Made by a program: the position numbers and the translations under genes. 64,000 nucleotides of DNA, taken from assembly GCA_965243205.1 (NCBI GenBank), contig CBDEUK010000002.1, positions 672,001 to 736,000 of the forward strand, given 5' to 3'. A model generated the notes under the pieces. That model was given only the letters and a program-made list of their open reading frames with translations, did no database searches and had not been told where the DNA came from. Below are positions 22,312-33,060 of the stretch, one piece after another; within the stretch, counting starts at the first letter, position 1, and the number at the start of each line of letters is the position of its first letter. Source of the stretch: Gammaproteobacteria bacterium (GTDB lineage: Bacteria > Pseudomonadota > Gammaproteobacteria > Eutrophobiales > Eutrophobiaceae).

Positions 22312-23451
22312 TTAATCTACACATGATTCTATTGCCTTATTAAAACCATTTAACATATTATCTAAAGAATATTTTTTCGAAGTCATCAATGCATTATTTG
22401 ATAATTCTTTTGCCTTTTTATTATTGTTTATAATTTCGAGACATTTTTCACTCATACTTTCTATTGAGCCATCTTCATAGAAATAGCCATTATAACCATC
22501 GATTAAAGATTCAATTTCAGGACCATGATTATTGATTAAATCACTAGTGATTACAGGAAGGCCATATTGAAAAGCGTGTATTAAACTAAGACCAATATTT
22601 GTAGGATAACAGCATAATTTAGAACTCAGCATCCAAGGGCATAAATCTTTTTGCTCATAAATCGCGCCAGTAAATATAACATTATCCAATCCTAATTTAT
22701 TTTTATATTCAATTAACGTTTGCTTTTGAGAACCATCACCAATAATAATTAATTTTATATTATTTTTTTTCATCAATTTCAAAGAGTCTAACAACATATC
22801 TATTTTGTTATTAGACTCTAATCTTGAAACAAAGATAATATTATTAGACTGGTTTAAATCATTTTCTAATTTGAAATCTACTAATTTATTACCATCCAGC
22901 CAAAATTCTTTAGCTATCGCAACCTCTTTATAATCTAATGCATTAGGCGCGATATATATATTATGATTTTTTAAGTTATCAATTTTTAAAATATTTTTTT
23001 TTACTGTATCACTATACAGTATAATCGCATCTGCAGTATTGGCAGCTAAATTTCTGACATAATCTCTAAAACTACCTGGTTCTTTAGAGTATCCATGACC
23101 CCATAAAATAATTGGCACATTAAATATTTTCGCAAAAAATAATGTAACCCACATTGATAAAAAACCTGAATCCCAAGGTAAAACGACAATATCATATTTT
23201 TTAAATAATACTGTTCCTATTTGTTTTAATTGAAATTTGATAACTTTATTACCTATTTTCAAATGTCTAACTGGAGCGGTTTTATAACTATAATTAGAAG
23301 ATTTCTTAATAGTGAATAAACTACCTTTAGAATCACCTGAATAAATCGTTAAATCATAATTGTATCTAGTTCCAAGCTCTTCAAAAAAAGGTTTTCGGTA
23401 AGAAGGAATTAATGGTTGGCATATTGCTAACTTAATCTTAGAAATTGACAT
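22312..23451 (-). CDS. Glycosyltransferase family 4
   Basis: WGHG, FVSRL, IGDG, GLSLIHAFQYGLPVI (GT-B fold). Confidence 0.85.
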   Translation of the reverse strand: MSISKIKLAICQPLIPSYRKPFFEELGTRYNYDLTIYSGDSKGSLFTIKKSSNYSYKTAPVRHLKIGNKVIKFQLKQIGTVLFKKYDIVVLPWDSGFLSMWVTLFFAKIFNVPIILWGHGYSKEPGSFRDYVRNLAANTADAIILYSDTVKKNILKIDNLKNHNIYIAPNALDYKEVAIAKEFWLDGNKLVDFKLENDLNQSNNIIFVSRLESNNKIDMLLDSLKLMKKNNIKLIIIGDGSQKQTLIEYKNKLGLDNVIFTGAIYEQKDLCPWMLSSKLCCYPTNIGLSLIHAFQYGLPVITSDLINNHGPEIESLIDGYNGYFYEDGSIESMSEKCLEIINNNKKAKELSNNALMTSKKYSLDNMLNGFNKAIESCVD

Positions 23452-23512
23452 AAATATACAGTGTCTTGTAATTTAAAGTATATTTTTTATAAAAATCGAT
23501 ATATCGTAAATA

Positions 23513-24886
23513 TCAAATAAAATATTCTTTTGTTTTTTTATAATTGTGATGTTGTTTTATCCTGAAATTTAAAACACTATAATTTAAAATAGCTAATATT
23601 AAATATGCGATAAAAAAACTTAAAGCTAAACCAAATGCACCAAATTTTGGTACAAGAGTACTAGCTAAGATGACCATTATAAAACTCCAGACAATATTTA
23701 CTTTTAACACTTCGCTTGCTTTATTCATTCCTAATAATGCACCACTAAATATTTTTGATAGCGCATGTAATGGTGCAGCAGCAACTAATAATACTAATAT
23801 CAACCAAGCCTCTTCAAATTCGGAGCCATAAAAAGACATTATCCACTGACTTAAAAATGAAATTATTAAAACGATTACACCGCCAACTATTATTAAACTA
23901 CGATATATCTTGGAAATAACTAAAGTAAATTCTTTTACTCTTCCCGCTTCCCATTCTTGAACCAAAACTGGAATGCTTGCAGACATTATTGCCATAGGAA
24001 TATATATCATTGGTCCGTGCCATTGATAAGCTGCTTGAAATAAACCAAGCTCCCCATAACCATCAATAGAATTAGCTAAAATAATCATAGAAAACCACAT
24101 AACTGGCGTAGCAAGTAAACTGGCTAAAGTCATTGGTAAACTATAATTTGTAAAAATATCTTTTTCTTCCCACCAATCGAAGTATGTAATTTTGATATTT
24201 TTTCTATTAATTTCCCTTAATAAGATAAATCGACCAATAAATATAACAATACAAGCACTGAGGCCTAAGCTTAATACTGTTCCTGAAACTCCCATAGTGT
24301 TCGTTAAAAACCAAATAAATATAATGAGAGATATCGCTTGAGTAATCGCTAATATGGCTACTAAATCAAAACGTTCTAATCCATATAAAGCTCCATTTTG
24401 AACACCATTAATTACAAGCGCAGCCATTAAGATAATTCCCCACAATAGAGGCTCTGCTAATTTTTTAGAATTAAATATAAATTCAGATATATAATCAGCT
24501 GAAAAAAATAAAATCGATCCTGCTATTGTAACTAAAATTAAAGCAACGATATCTAACATACCTATAACACGACCAACTCTTGAAGGATTAGATTCAATGT
24601 AATTTGCAACAAATCGTGTTCCTGTATTTCCAAGACCTACTCCTGCAAATAAACCAGCCACACCGATAGTTGATTGTATTATCGCAAACTCACCAAAAAG
24701 ATCTTTTCCAAGTATTCTTGCAGCCATTATCATAGCTAACAAAGTAAGTAATCTAGATGCACCATTCCCACATACAACCCAGATTGAACCTTTTAAAATT
24801 CGTTTAGCAAGTGAAGATTCTGAAATAGATTTATAAATAGATACTGGAAGAAATTTCCTAGAAAAATAATTCAAATATTTAAACAC
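23513..24886 (-). CDS. wzx: Wzx-type oligosaccharide flippase
   Basis: ARILGKDLFGEF motif, about 12 TM helices, EPS context. Confidence 0.85.
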   Translation of the reverse strand: MFKYLNYFSRKFLPVSIYKSISESSLAKRILKGSIWVVCGNGASRLLTLLAMIMAARILGKDLFGEFAIIQSTIGVAGLFAGVGLGNTGTRFVANYIESNPSRVGRVIGMLDIVALILVTIAGSILFFSADYISEFIFNSKKLAEPLLWGIILMAALVINGVQNGALYGLERFDLVAILAITQAISLIIFIWFLTNTMGVSGTVLSLGLSACIVIFIGRFILLREINRKNIKITYFDWWEEKDIFTNYSLPMTLASLLATPVMWFSMIILANSIDGYGELGLFQAAYQWHGPMIYIPMAIMSASIPVLVQEWEAGRVKEFTLVISKIYRSLIIVGGVIVLIISFLSQWIMSFYGSEFEEAWLILVLLVAAAPLHALSKIFSGALLGMNKASEVLKVNIVWSFIMVILASTLVPKFGAFGLALSFFIAYLILAILNYSVLNFRIKQHHNYKKTKEYFI

Positions 24887-24888
24887 TT

Positions 24889-25767
24889 TTATATATCATT
24901 CTCACAAGTAGATTTATTTTTTACATCAAGTGCTTTAATAAACTTTTGTGTCTCTAACCACCAATCTGAATCATTTGACCATGTTCTTGAGTTACCTGAC
25001 CATATTACTATTCCATCAGCATGGCAAAATATCGTTTCTAACTGAACTGCCCAATAATTTTTATCTATCAATTGGCCTTTACGTAATTTGTTAGAATCAT
25101 GATAAAAAGGCATAACGAATGCATAAACAGGTTTGCCTTTAGCAAGCCTTTTAGCTTCTATTAAATTAGCTTCCGCATATTTAATCCAACCATCAATATC
25201 TGTATAAAATGTATAGATAGACGGATACAAAGCATCTACACTATCTGCAAACCTCATTAATTTATCATTTTCTTTATGCCACTGATTCTTTTTAGAATTA
25301 CCTTTCTTTTGTTTTGCCCGCCAATAATCACGAATAGGAACCATTCCATAATAGCCATATGAAATATTATTATTAATATTTCTTGCTTGATTAATAATTT
25401 CTATATATTTATTTATACTTTCTTCAACTAAATTATCTTTGCCTGTTAACTTCCAATGTTCCACATCAAAAATTAACAATCCATCTTTAGTCGTGCGTGA
25501 ATGATTTAATATTTTTTTTAGTCTTGATAATCTAGGAGTATTAACTCTGTCTTCATTCTTATGCCATAATTCACCACTATATATTATTTTTATTTCTTCA
25601 AGACCATATACAGTTAAATCAGGTTTTTTCTTAAAATTCATTGCATCAAAAATGCGGAAGTCATTAGATGCATATGAAAAATTTGAATTAAATAAAATAT
25701 AAAATATGAATAATATAATTCCATATTTTAGGAAAATTGAATAATTAAAATCTAATATTTTATTCAT
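24889..25767 (-). CDS. Exported glycoside hydrolase, GH56 hyaluronidase-like TIM barrel
   Basis: N-terminal signal/TM segment. Collinear motifs FDVEHW, YGYYG, NDKL..ALYPSIY, EAKRLA, PVYAF and GIVIW match GH56 motifs as recalled. Confidence 0.65.
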   Translation of the reverse strand: MNKILDFNYSIFLKYGIILFIFYILFNSNFSYASNDFRIFDAMNFKKKPDLTVYGLEEIKIIYSGELWHKNEDRVNTPRLSRLKKILNHSRTTKDGLLIFDVEHWKLTGKDNLVEESINKYIEIINQARNINNNISYGYYGMVPIRDYWRAKQKKGNSKKNQWHKENDKLMRFADSVDALYPSIYTFYTDIDGWIKYAEANLIEAKRLAKGKPVYAFVMPFYHDSNKLRKGQLIDKNYWAVQLETIFCHADGIVIWSGNSRTWSNDSDWWLETQKFIKALDVKNKSTCENDI

Positions 25768-25810
25768 AATGTTTTATTTATATTAAGTGTTAACACATTA
25801 GACAGTACAG

Positions 25811-27064
25811 TTATGTAGTTAGCATCTTCTTAGTTCTTTTCATAGCTTCCATTTTTCCAACTAAGATAACCATCATAAAAAATACCATATTCCCAAGTAA
25901 GCTACCTTGCTTTAAAGAAAGTAATAAATAAAATAATAATATAGACATGATAATAACAACAACTGTTCTTCTTTCTTTATCTTTGCTACTCATTTTTAAT
26001 AGCCATCTTATTTTTTTATAGACCAAGATTAATATTATTAAATAAATGCAAAAACCAATTATCCCTTCTTCTGCTAATATTTCTACGGGAACATTATGTG
26101 GATAAAAACCAATTAGGTCGTATGAGGAGCCATTACCTAAACCTGCTATTATTGCAAATGGATCTTCTACCCAAATTTTTAATAACATTATACTAGCTCT
26201 AAACCTATCCATAACTACTTCAGTGTTTTCATCTTTAGACCAACGACTACTATCTGACCATATGTCATTGATAAAACTTCCTGCTATGAATATTAAAAAA
26301 CTAGCCATAATAATCAGTAATATATAACTACCTATTTTATTTGTACTATATCTTAACGGCCAAAGAATCATCGGTACTAACAGAGCTCCTATCATCTGAC
26401 CTCTTGAGCCTGAAAGAGCAAGTACGTAAACACATAAACCAATTACAACATATTTTATAACAGACCAATATTTACGAAATAAAGTTGGCATGTGAAATAT
26501 GCTTACTAATAAGATAATACCTGCTAAAGTAGAAATTTCTAATGGATTACCATATACACCATAACTGCTATTTAAAAGAATCCTACGACCATCCCATTCA
26601 ACATAAAAAGCTAATAGAAATAATAATGGTGTGGAAAAAAGTATTAAATAATCAAATATAACAAAAAAATCTTTTGTTCTTTGTACTAATAGAGGAGCTA
26701 AACCAAGAATTAAAAGCAAATAAGGACCTTGAGATATCCATTTACTTGTACCTAACTCTATATTTTGTGACCATACAACAGTTATACATGCATAAATATA
26801 TAAAAAAAACGTATAAAATTTTATTGAATTATTTCTGTTTTGTGGAATTGACTTAAAAAATAATTTTTTACTGAGATATCCTGAAAGAACTATGAATGCA
26901 ATTGCATAATTAGTAATCGAACTATATGTTAATAACATAGGGATTACTGATTGTCCCCATTGCTCTAAACTAAACATAATTAAAACAGAGACAATACCAA
27001 CAGGAGGCTTTAAGATGGTTAGAATAAAAAGCCCGCTTAAAATCAAATAATAAGTTATTTGCAT
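25811..27064 (-). CDS. Wzy polymerase / O-antigen ligase family membrane protein
   Basis: Multi-TM; SGSRG and YPHN..EILAEEGIIG (Wzy_C) motifs. Confidence 0.82.
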   Translation of the reverse strand: MQITYYLILSGLFILTILKPPVGIVSVLIMFSLEQWGQSVIPMLLTYSSITNYAIAFIVLSGYLSKKLFFKSIPQNRNNSIKFYTFFLYIYACITVVWSQNIELGTSKWISQGPYLLLILGLAPLLVQRTKDFFVIFDYLILFSTPLLFLLAFYVEWDGRRILLNSSYGVYGNPLEISTLAGIILLVSIFHMPTLFRKYWSVIKYVVIGLCVYVLALSGSRGQMIGALLVPMILWPLRYSTNKIGSYILLIIMASFLIFIAGSFINDIWSDSSRWSKDENTEVVMDRFRASIMLLKIWVEDPFAIIAGLGNGSSYDLIGFYPHNVPVEILAEEGIIGFCIYLIILILVYKKIRWLLKMSSKDKERRTVVVIIMSILLFYLLLSLKQGSLLGNMVFFMMVILVGKMEAMKRTKKMLTT

Positions 27065-27110
27065 TAATCTAACTAATATAGTTCGATACTATTCAAATTA
27101 ATAAAATACA

Positions 27111-28040
27111 TTATTTAATATTTTCTTTATATTTTTTATATGTGATACCAATACCTTTTTCTAAAGTAACTTTAGCTTGCCATCCTAATGAATTTATTTT
27201 CTTAGTATCTACTAACTTTCTTGGTGTACCATCTGGTTTTGATTCATCATTTACTAATTCACCTTCATAGCCTACAATTTTTTTCACAAGTAATGCTAAA
27301 TCTTGTATAGAAATATCTTCACCAACACCGATATTAACAATATCTTCATCACTATAGTTTTCCATCAAAAATAAACAGGCATCTGCACAGTCATCAACAT
27401 AACAAAACTCTCTTTTAGGTGTTCCAGTTCCCCAGATAGTTACTGTGGTATCTCCATTATTTTTTGCTTCATGAAACTTTCTAATTAAAGCAGGTAATAC
27501 ATGAGAGTTTTGTAAATCGAAATTATCTCCAGGGCCATAAAGGTTGGTAGGCATTGCAGAAATAAAATCACAACCATATTGTTTTCGATATGCTTGGCAC
27601 ATTTTTATGCCTGATATTTTTGCTATCGCATACCATTCATTCGTCGGTTCTAATGAACCAGTTAATAAATATTCTTCTTTTAATGGTTGAGGGGATAGTT
27701 TTGGGTAGATACATGTACTACCTAAGAATAATAATTTTTTTACATTATATTGATGAGCTCCATGAATAATATTATTCTGCATCATTATATTGTCGTAAAT
27801 AAACTCTGCAGGATAAGTATTGTTTGCATAGATACCACCAACTTTTGCAGCTGCTAAAAAAATGTATTCTGGTTTTTCTTGTTCATAAAACTCTTGTACT
27901 GCTTGTTGATCTCTCAAGTCGAGTTCTTTACTTGAACGTTTAATAATATTCAAATATCCACGCGACTCTAATGCTCGTACAATAGCAGAACCAACTAAGC
28001 CATTATGGCCAGCCACATATATTTTTGAATTATTATTCAT
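27111..28040 (-). CDS. fcl: GDP-L-fucose synthase
   Basis: GHNGLVG, AAAKVGGI, GSTCIYP, YAIAK, PTNLYGPGDNF. Confidence 0.96.
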   Translation of the reverse strand: MNNNSKIYVAGHNGLVGSAIVRALESRGYLNIIKRSSKELDLRDQQAVQEFYEQEKPEYIFLAAAKVGGIYANNTYPAEFIYDNIMMQNNIIHGAHQYNVKKLLFLGSTCIYPKLSPQPLKEEYLLTGSLEPTNEWYAIAKISGIKMCQAYRKQYGCDFISAMPTNLYGPGDNFDLQNSHVLPALIRKFHEAKNNGDTTVTIWGTGTPKREFCYVDDCADACLFLMENYSDEDIVNIGVGEDISIQDLALLVKKIVGYEGELVNDESKPDGTPRKLVDTKKINSLGWQAKVTLEKGIGITYKKYKENIK

Positions 28041-28138
28041 GGAACTACTTATCTAAATGAGTATTTTTATCGTAGATAATTAAATAAAGGAATGAATAAA
28101 TCTTTAATTCTTAGATTGAATAAAAAATTAAAAAATAG

Positions 28139-29227
28139 CTATTCAAAATAATTAAAAACTTTGAAGCCTTCTTTAATGCAAAACTCATCTTTCTGAGCAA
28201 GATGTATATCCTCTCTAACCATTTCAGAGACCATCTCTTCGACAGATGTTTTCGGCTCCCATCCTAATTTATCTTTGGCTTTTTTAGGATTACCTAATAA
28301 AGTTTCTACTTCAGTTGGTCTAAAATACTTTGGATCAACTTTGACTAAAAGGTTTCCTGACTTCCTATCAATACCTTGTTCATTAACCCCACTACCTTGC
28401 CAATCGAGTTCAATATCAACTTCAAAAAATGCTGCATTCACAAAATCACGAACGGATATTTGTTTACCTGTAGCAATTACAAAATCTTCAGGTTCATCTT
28501 GTTGTAGAATTAGCCATTGAGCTTCAACATAATCCTTTGCATGCCCCCAGTCACGTAACGAATCTAAATTTCCTAAATATAATGTATCCTGTAAACCTAA
28601 ATGTATTCGAGCAACAGCTCGAGTTATTTTGCGTGTAACAAATGTTTCACCACGTACAGGCGATTCGTGATTGAATAAAATACCGTTACAAGCAAACATA
28701 TTATATGCTTCACGATAATTCACACAGATCCAATATGCATAAACTTTAGCAGCACCATATGGGCTACGTGGATAAAAAGGCGTAGTTTCAGTTTGAGGTA
28801 TTTCTTGTACCTTACCAAACATCTCACTCGTTGAAGCTTGATAAAATCGGGTTTTATTTTCTAAACCTAATATGCGTATCGCTTCTAATATTCTTAATGA
28901 ACCAATCGCATCAGCGTTAGCGGTATATTCTGGAGTCTCAAATGATACCGCCACATGTGATTGTGCAGCGAGATTATATATTTCATCAGGTTGAACTTCT
29001 TGGATAATACGAATTAAGTTTGTAGAGTCAGTTAAATCTCCATAATGTAAAACTAAGTTACGATTTTCAACATGAGGGTCTTGATATAGATGATCAATAC
29101 GGTCAGTGTTAAAACTGGATGCTCGGCGCTTAATGCCATGCACCATATAACCCTTTTTTAATAAAAATTCTGCTAAATAAGCCCCATCCTGCCCTGTGAT
29201 TCCAGTGATTAATGCTGTTTTATTCAT
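28139..29227 (-). CDS. gmd: GDP-mannose 4,6-dehydratase
   Basis: [34 protein letters not shown]. Confidence 0.97.
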   Translation of the reverse strand: MNKTALITGITGQDGAYLAEFLLKKGYMVHGIKRRASSFNTDRIDHLYQDPHVENRNLVLHYGDLTDSTNLIRIIQEVQPDEIYNLAAQSHVAVSFETPEYTANADAIGSLRILEAIRILGLENKTRFYQASTSEMFGKVQEIPQTETTPFYPRSPYGAAKVYAYWICVNYREAYNMFACNGILFNHESPVRGETFVTRKITRAVARIHLGLQDTLYLGNLDSLRDWGHAKDYVEAQWLILQQDEPEDFVIATGKQISVRDFVNAAFFEVDIELDWQGSGVNEQGIDRKSGNLLVKVDPKYFRPTEVETLLGNPKKAKDKLGWEPKTSVEEMVSEMVREDIHLAQKDEFCIKEGFKVFNYFE

Positions 29228-29259
29228 TATATATGTATCTTATAAAAGGTTAAAAAATG

Positions 29260-30243
29260 TTATCGATAGTAGCGTTTATTTTGTTCCCAGTTTAGGGCGC
29301 TTTTCACTATTACATCGATATTATCGTACTGTGGCTGCCAACCAGTTAACTTACGTAGTTTATCGGAATTTGCTGTTAGGCTGGGTGGATCACCTGCTCT
29401 TCTAGGCTCTTCTACTGTATTAATTGGTGTTCCATGAATAATATCAAGAGCATCAACTACTTGCTTAACACTGTATCCATGACCATAACCTGCATTACAT
29501 ACCGTCGAATCACCACCTTGTTCTAAATACTCTAATGCTTTTAAGTGTGCATCGGCTAAATCCATCACATGAATATAGTCACGAACACCAGTTCCATCTA
29601 CTGTGTCATAATCCGTTCCAAAAATTTTCAAGTGTTCACGTTTACCAATCGCCACTTCACAAGCTACTTTAATTAATAAAGTAGCTTCAGGTGTTGATTG
29701 CCCAATCTCACCTTCAGGATCACAACCTGCAACATTAAAATAACGTAAAGCAACATAATTCATATCAGATGCGGCACATAAATCTCTTAACATAATTTCA
29801 CTCATCAGTTTTGATGTGCCATAAGGATTGATAGGCTGTTGCTTCGCATCTTCAGTAATCGGTTTATCTTTATCAGGAATTCCATAAACGGCAGCTGTAG
29901 AGGAAAAGATAAAATATTTCACACCCGCTTTTGAACAACATTCTAATAAGTTACGTGTATTAGCCGTATTATTCTCATAGTATTTTAATGGGTCCGATAC
30001 AGATTCAGGAACAATAGTAAAAGCAGCAAAATGCATAACTGCCTCAATATTATTTTCATTTAGAATTTTTGAAACTAATTCTTTATCGCCTGTATTACCG
30101 ACTACTAACTCACCATACAAAACCGCTTCTTTAAAACCTTTAGATAAATTATCCAGTACGACTATATTATGTCCTTGTTGACCAAGAAGTTTTACTACGT
30201 GGCTACCAATATAACCTGCTCCACCTGTTACTAATATATTCAT
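29260..30243 (-). CDS. galE: UDP-glucose 4-epimerase
   Basis: GGAGYIGSH, SSTAAVYG, YGTSK, LRYFNVAG, RDYIHV. Confidence 0.95.
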   Translation of the reverse strand: MNILVTGGAGYIGSHVVKLLGQQGHNIVVLDNLSKGFKEAVLYGELVVGNTGDKELVSKILNENNIEAVMHFAAFTIVPESVSDPLKYYENNTANTRNLLECCSKAGVKYFIFSSTAAVYGIPDKDKPITEDAKQQPINPYGTSKLMSEIMLRDLCAASDMNYVALRYFNVAGCDPEGEIGQSTPEATLLIKVACEVAIGKREHLKIFGTDYDTVDGTGVRDYIHVMDLADAHLKALEYLEQGGDSTVCNAGYGHGYSVKQVVDALDIIHGTPINTVEEPRRAGDPPSLTANSDKLRKLTGWQPQYDNIDVIVKSALNWEQNKRYYR

Positions 30244-30264
30244 CTTTTAATGATTCCTAATAAA

Positions 30265-31317
30265 TTATTTTGCAAAAGGCCTTGCTAATGGCTCACCTAC
30301 AAACACACCTTGTCCTGGCATTCTGACACTTTTCCAATAAGCTTCCACTACAGTATCACCTTGAAGATAATGATGCATCATAACTAATGGATATGGAAAC
30401 TTAGTTAAAAAATTACATGGCTCAACAACCGTTCCATAACTGGCAGTTGCTCCAGCTTCTAACCAACGTAATATACTCATTTGAAAATTATTTTTACGTA
30501 ACAATTTTTCTTTTTTAATCTCATTTAATTTCCTTAATAAACCACCTGCTGAAGTTAAATGATCTGCAACTGCACCAGGTAGAAATTGATTAGTATTTAT
30601 GTCTTTAACTCGACTAACTCCTGTAAAATAAAACATAACATCTTTTTTAGATAACAATATGTCTTTTTTAAGTATCTTTATATTAAATCGGCTAGACAAT
30701 AAAGCATATATTTTATTAAACCATTGTGATCTAACGTTGCGATTTATATCCGATGTACTTAACAAATAAGCAGTTCCTTTCGGATGAGTATCATCTGAAC
30801 TAATACCAGTTTCTATAGTATTTTTCACATCTAGAATGGAACCGCCTGCTAACATCATTGATGGTCTAATTTTAAAATCTTCAAATGGACGGTTTGAATC
30901 ACTATTATAATAATCCATAACTTTAGTAGGCTTGCATCCCTTTGCACAATAAACTTTATCAAAACCTAAAGTGATAGCGCTGGTTAATGACATACAATCT
31001 ACACGAAAAGGCTTTGTCCACGCTACCGCCAAGCCTTGCAAATCATTCTGCAAACTTTGCGCATCTATAATCTTTTTTATCTTTGTGAAGTCATTAACTG
31101 ACATCACATCACCTGAAGATTTAAAATTAACATATATAATATTATCTTCAGGAATAGCTCTTCTTTGAGCATAATATTTTCCAATCTCAATACTGGTTGG
31201 ATCATTATTATTTACTATAATGCCAAGATTTAAATTCGATAACCTCTCTTCACCTGCAAATAAGGAATTGTTCCCAATTATTAAAACAAGTAAAACGACA
31301 GAATATCTAATAGCCAC
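30265..31317 (-). CDS. Exported TIGR03790-like protein of unknown function
   Basis: Signal peptide; YYAQRRAIP, GAVADHLTSAGG, GATASYGTVVEP and GEPL motifs, recognised from the PEP-CTERM/EPS-linked TIGR03790 family. Confidence 0.75.
   Translation of the reverse strand: MAIRYSVVLLVLIIGNNSLFAGEERLSNLNLGIIVNNNDPTSIEIGKYYAQRRAIPEDNIIYVNFKSSGDVMSVNDFTKIKKIIDAQSLQNDLQGLAVAWTKPFRVDCMSLTSAITLGFDKVYCAKGCKPTKVMDYYNSDSNRPFEDFKIRPSMMLAGGSILDVKNTIETGISSDDTHPKGTAYLLSTSDINRNVRSQWFNKIYALLSSRFNIKILKKDILLSKKDVMFYFTGVSRVKDINTNQFLPGAVADHLTSAGGLLRKLNEIKKEKLLRKNNFQMSILRWLEAGATASYGTVVEPCNFLTKFPYPLVMMHHYLQGDTVVEAYWKSVRMPGQGVFVGEPLARPFAK
31019..31030 (-). promoter_or_regulatory. Exact ops element (RfaH loading site) inside a CDS
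   Basis: GGCGGTAGCGTG on the transcribed strand; may be a coding coincidence (encodes LAVAW). Confidence 0.35.
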
Positions 31318-31329
31318 TGAACCTAAGAT

Positions 31330-32229
31330 TTAATCATGTATATCTAATACATGGAGTGCTTGAGCATTAGGATATACATCAGCTAATTTATATCGTCTCT
31401 TACGTTTAACTAATAATCCTCCTCCATTCTGAATTTTATCGAGGATATAGTTATAAACCACTCGAGCGTCTATTGTTTTTTTCTGTGTAGCGAAACCATA
31501 CACTAAAGATATTTCAGCAATATTATTAATTAATCTAGGCACACCATCAGTGTAGTAATGAATAAATCTTCTAGCATCAGCTTCAAAGATATCAGGACTA
31601 CCGCCTGCTTTACTTAAACGATAGGAAATATATTCATCAGTTTCAGGAGGATCAAATGGGCTTAAATGATAATCAACAGAGACTCGTTGTGCTAACTGTT
31701 CTAAAAATGGCTCACGCAAAACATCACGTAGTTCAGGTTGCCCAACTAATATAATCTGAATGAGTTGATCTTTATCAACATTAATATTAGATATGACCCT
31801 AAGCTCTTCAAGAGTTTCAGGATCCATATTTTGAGCTTCATCAACAATTAATAATACTTTTTTTCCTTGTGCGTAATTATCAATAATAAAATCAATAAAT
31901 TCCTGATATTTCTCAACCTTGTCTTTGTCTTTGTAATCGAGGCCATATGCCATGGAGATCCAGGTCATTAAATCACCAAAATTTAAATGAGTATTGGTAA
32001 TTAAGCCTATAGTGTAATCATCATCGTCTAATTGATTTAATAAATGTCTAACAAGAGTTGTTTTACCAGAACCAATTTCACCAGTTATTACTGTTATTGG
32101 TGATTCATTGGTAACGCCATATTCCAACATGGTATAAGCAATCTTATGACGTTCTCCCATAAATAAAAAAGATGGGTCTGGCTGTAAAGTAAAAGGCTTT
32201 TCATTCAAGCCATAGAATTCTTCGTACAT
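31330..32229 (-). CDS. ExeA/GspA-like AAA ATPase (exosortase-system associated)
   Basis: MYEEFYGLNEKPF..PDP, GEIGSGKT, VDEAQ, LVGQPEL, GVPRLIN. Confidence 0.88.
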   Translation of the reverse strand: MYEEFYGLNEKPFTLQPDPSFLFMGERHKIAYTMLEYGVTNESPITVITGEIGSGKTTLVRHLLNQLDDDDYTIGLITNTHLNFGDLMTWISMAYGLDYKDKDKVEKYQEFIDFIIDNYAQGKKVLLIVDEAQNMDPETLEELRVISNINVDKDQLIQIILVGQPELRDVLREPFLEQLAQRVSVDYHLSPFDPPETDEYISYRLSKAGGSPDIFEADARRFIHYYTDGVPRLINNIAEISLVYGFATQKKTIDARVVYNYILDKIQNGGGLLVKRKRRYKLADVYPNAQALHVLDIHD

Positions 32230-32249
32230 GATACTTAGTCGATAATCAT

Positions 32250-33059
32250 TTAATAATTAGCAACCAACTTTTCTTTGGATTTATTCAAAACTGTCCCAAG
32301 AATATTAACGTCTTTTAATAATCTCATGGCTTGTTGAATATCATCACTGGATGTTGCACCTTCTTCAATCACCATTAAAAATGCATCGACAAATGGTGAG
32401 AATGCTAAAGCATCATCAGATGATAATAACGGAGGTAAATCGAAAATTACTATACGTGACGGATAACGAGACTTTAACTCATTGACGAGTTGTGCCATAC
32501 GATTTGATTTTAAAATTTCAGATGAGTTAGTTATTGATTCTCTTCCTGGCAAAATAACTAATCGTTCGATATCAGGATTAATCAACATACCACCTAAATC
32601 CATCTGTTCACTTAAAAAGAAATCACTAATACCTAATTGCGAATTAAAACCAAAATATTTATTGATCGATGGCCTGCGCATATCTAAGTCTACTAGTAAA
32701 ACTGTATAATTAACTTCACGAGCTAATGAAATCGCTAAATTAATCGCCGTTAGAGACTTACCTTCTTCAGGTCCTGTACTAGTAATAGCTAATGTATTCC
32801 AATGATTAGCTACTAATTTTTGTAAAACTTGGGTTCTTAATAGTCGATATGCTGTATTAGCTTCAGCATGTTCATAATGTGTAATAATTCGATTACGTTT
32901 TAAAATATTTTTTTTAACCGGAACAATTTGTGTTTTAGAATAAACAATTTCTTGAGTAATATCAGGTTCAAAAGATTTTGCTTTGTGAGATGTTGGCTTC
33001 TCACGTTTCTTTTTACCAGAGAGTTTAGCAAGCTCTAGTGCTTCTTTAATTCGTTCCAT
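32250..33059 (-). CDS. Stand-alone BY-kinase domain (CpsD/CapB family)
   Basis: YRLLRT, Walker A GPEEGKS, VDLDMRRP, FDLPP. Confidence 0.88.
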   Translation of the reverse strand: MERIKEALELAKLSGKKKREKPTSHKAKSFEPDITQEIVYSKTQIVPVKKNILKRNRIITHYEHAEANTAYRLLRTQVLQKLVANHWNTLAITSTGPEEGKSLTAINLAISLAREVNYTVLLVDLDMRRPSINKYFGFNSQLGISDFFLSEQMDLGGMLINPDIERLVILPGRESITNSSEILKSNRMAQLVNELKSRYPSRIVIFDLPPLLSSDDALAFSPFVDAFLMVIEEGATSSDDIQQAMRLLKDVNILGTVLNKSKEKLVANY

Positions 33060-33060
33060 T

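Noticed and set aside
19665-22775. A8-A9 homopolymer runs in the methyltransferase and GT genes as possible phase-variation tracts
   Set aside because: Expected in Lys-rich genes of very AT-rich DNA; all reading frames are intact.
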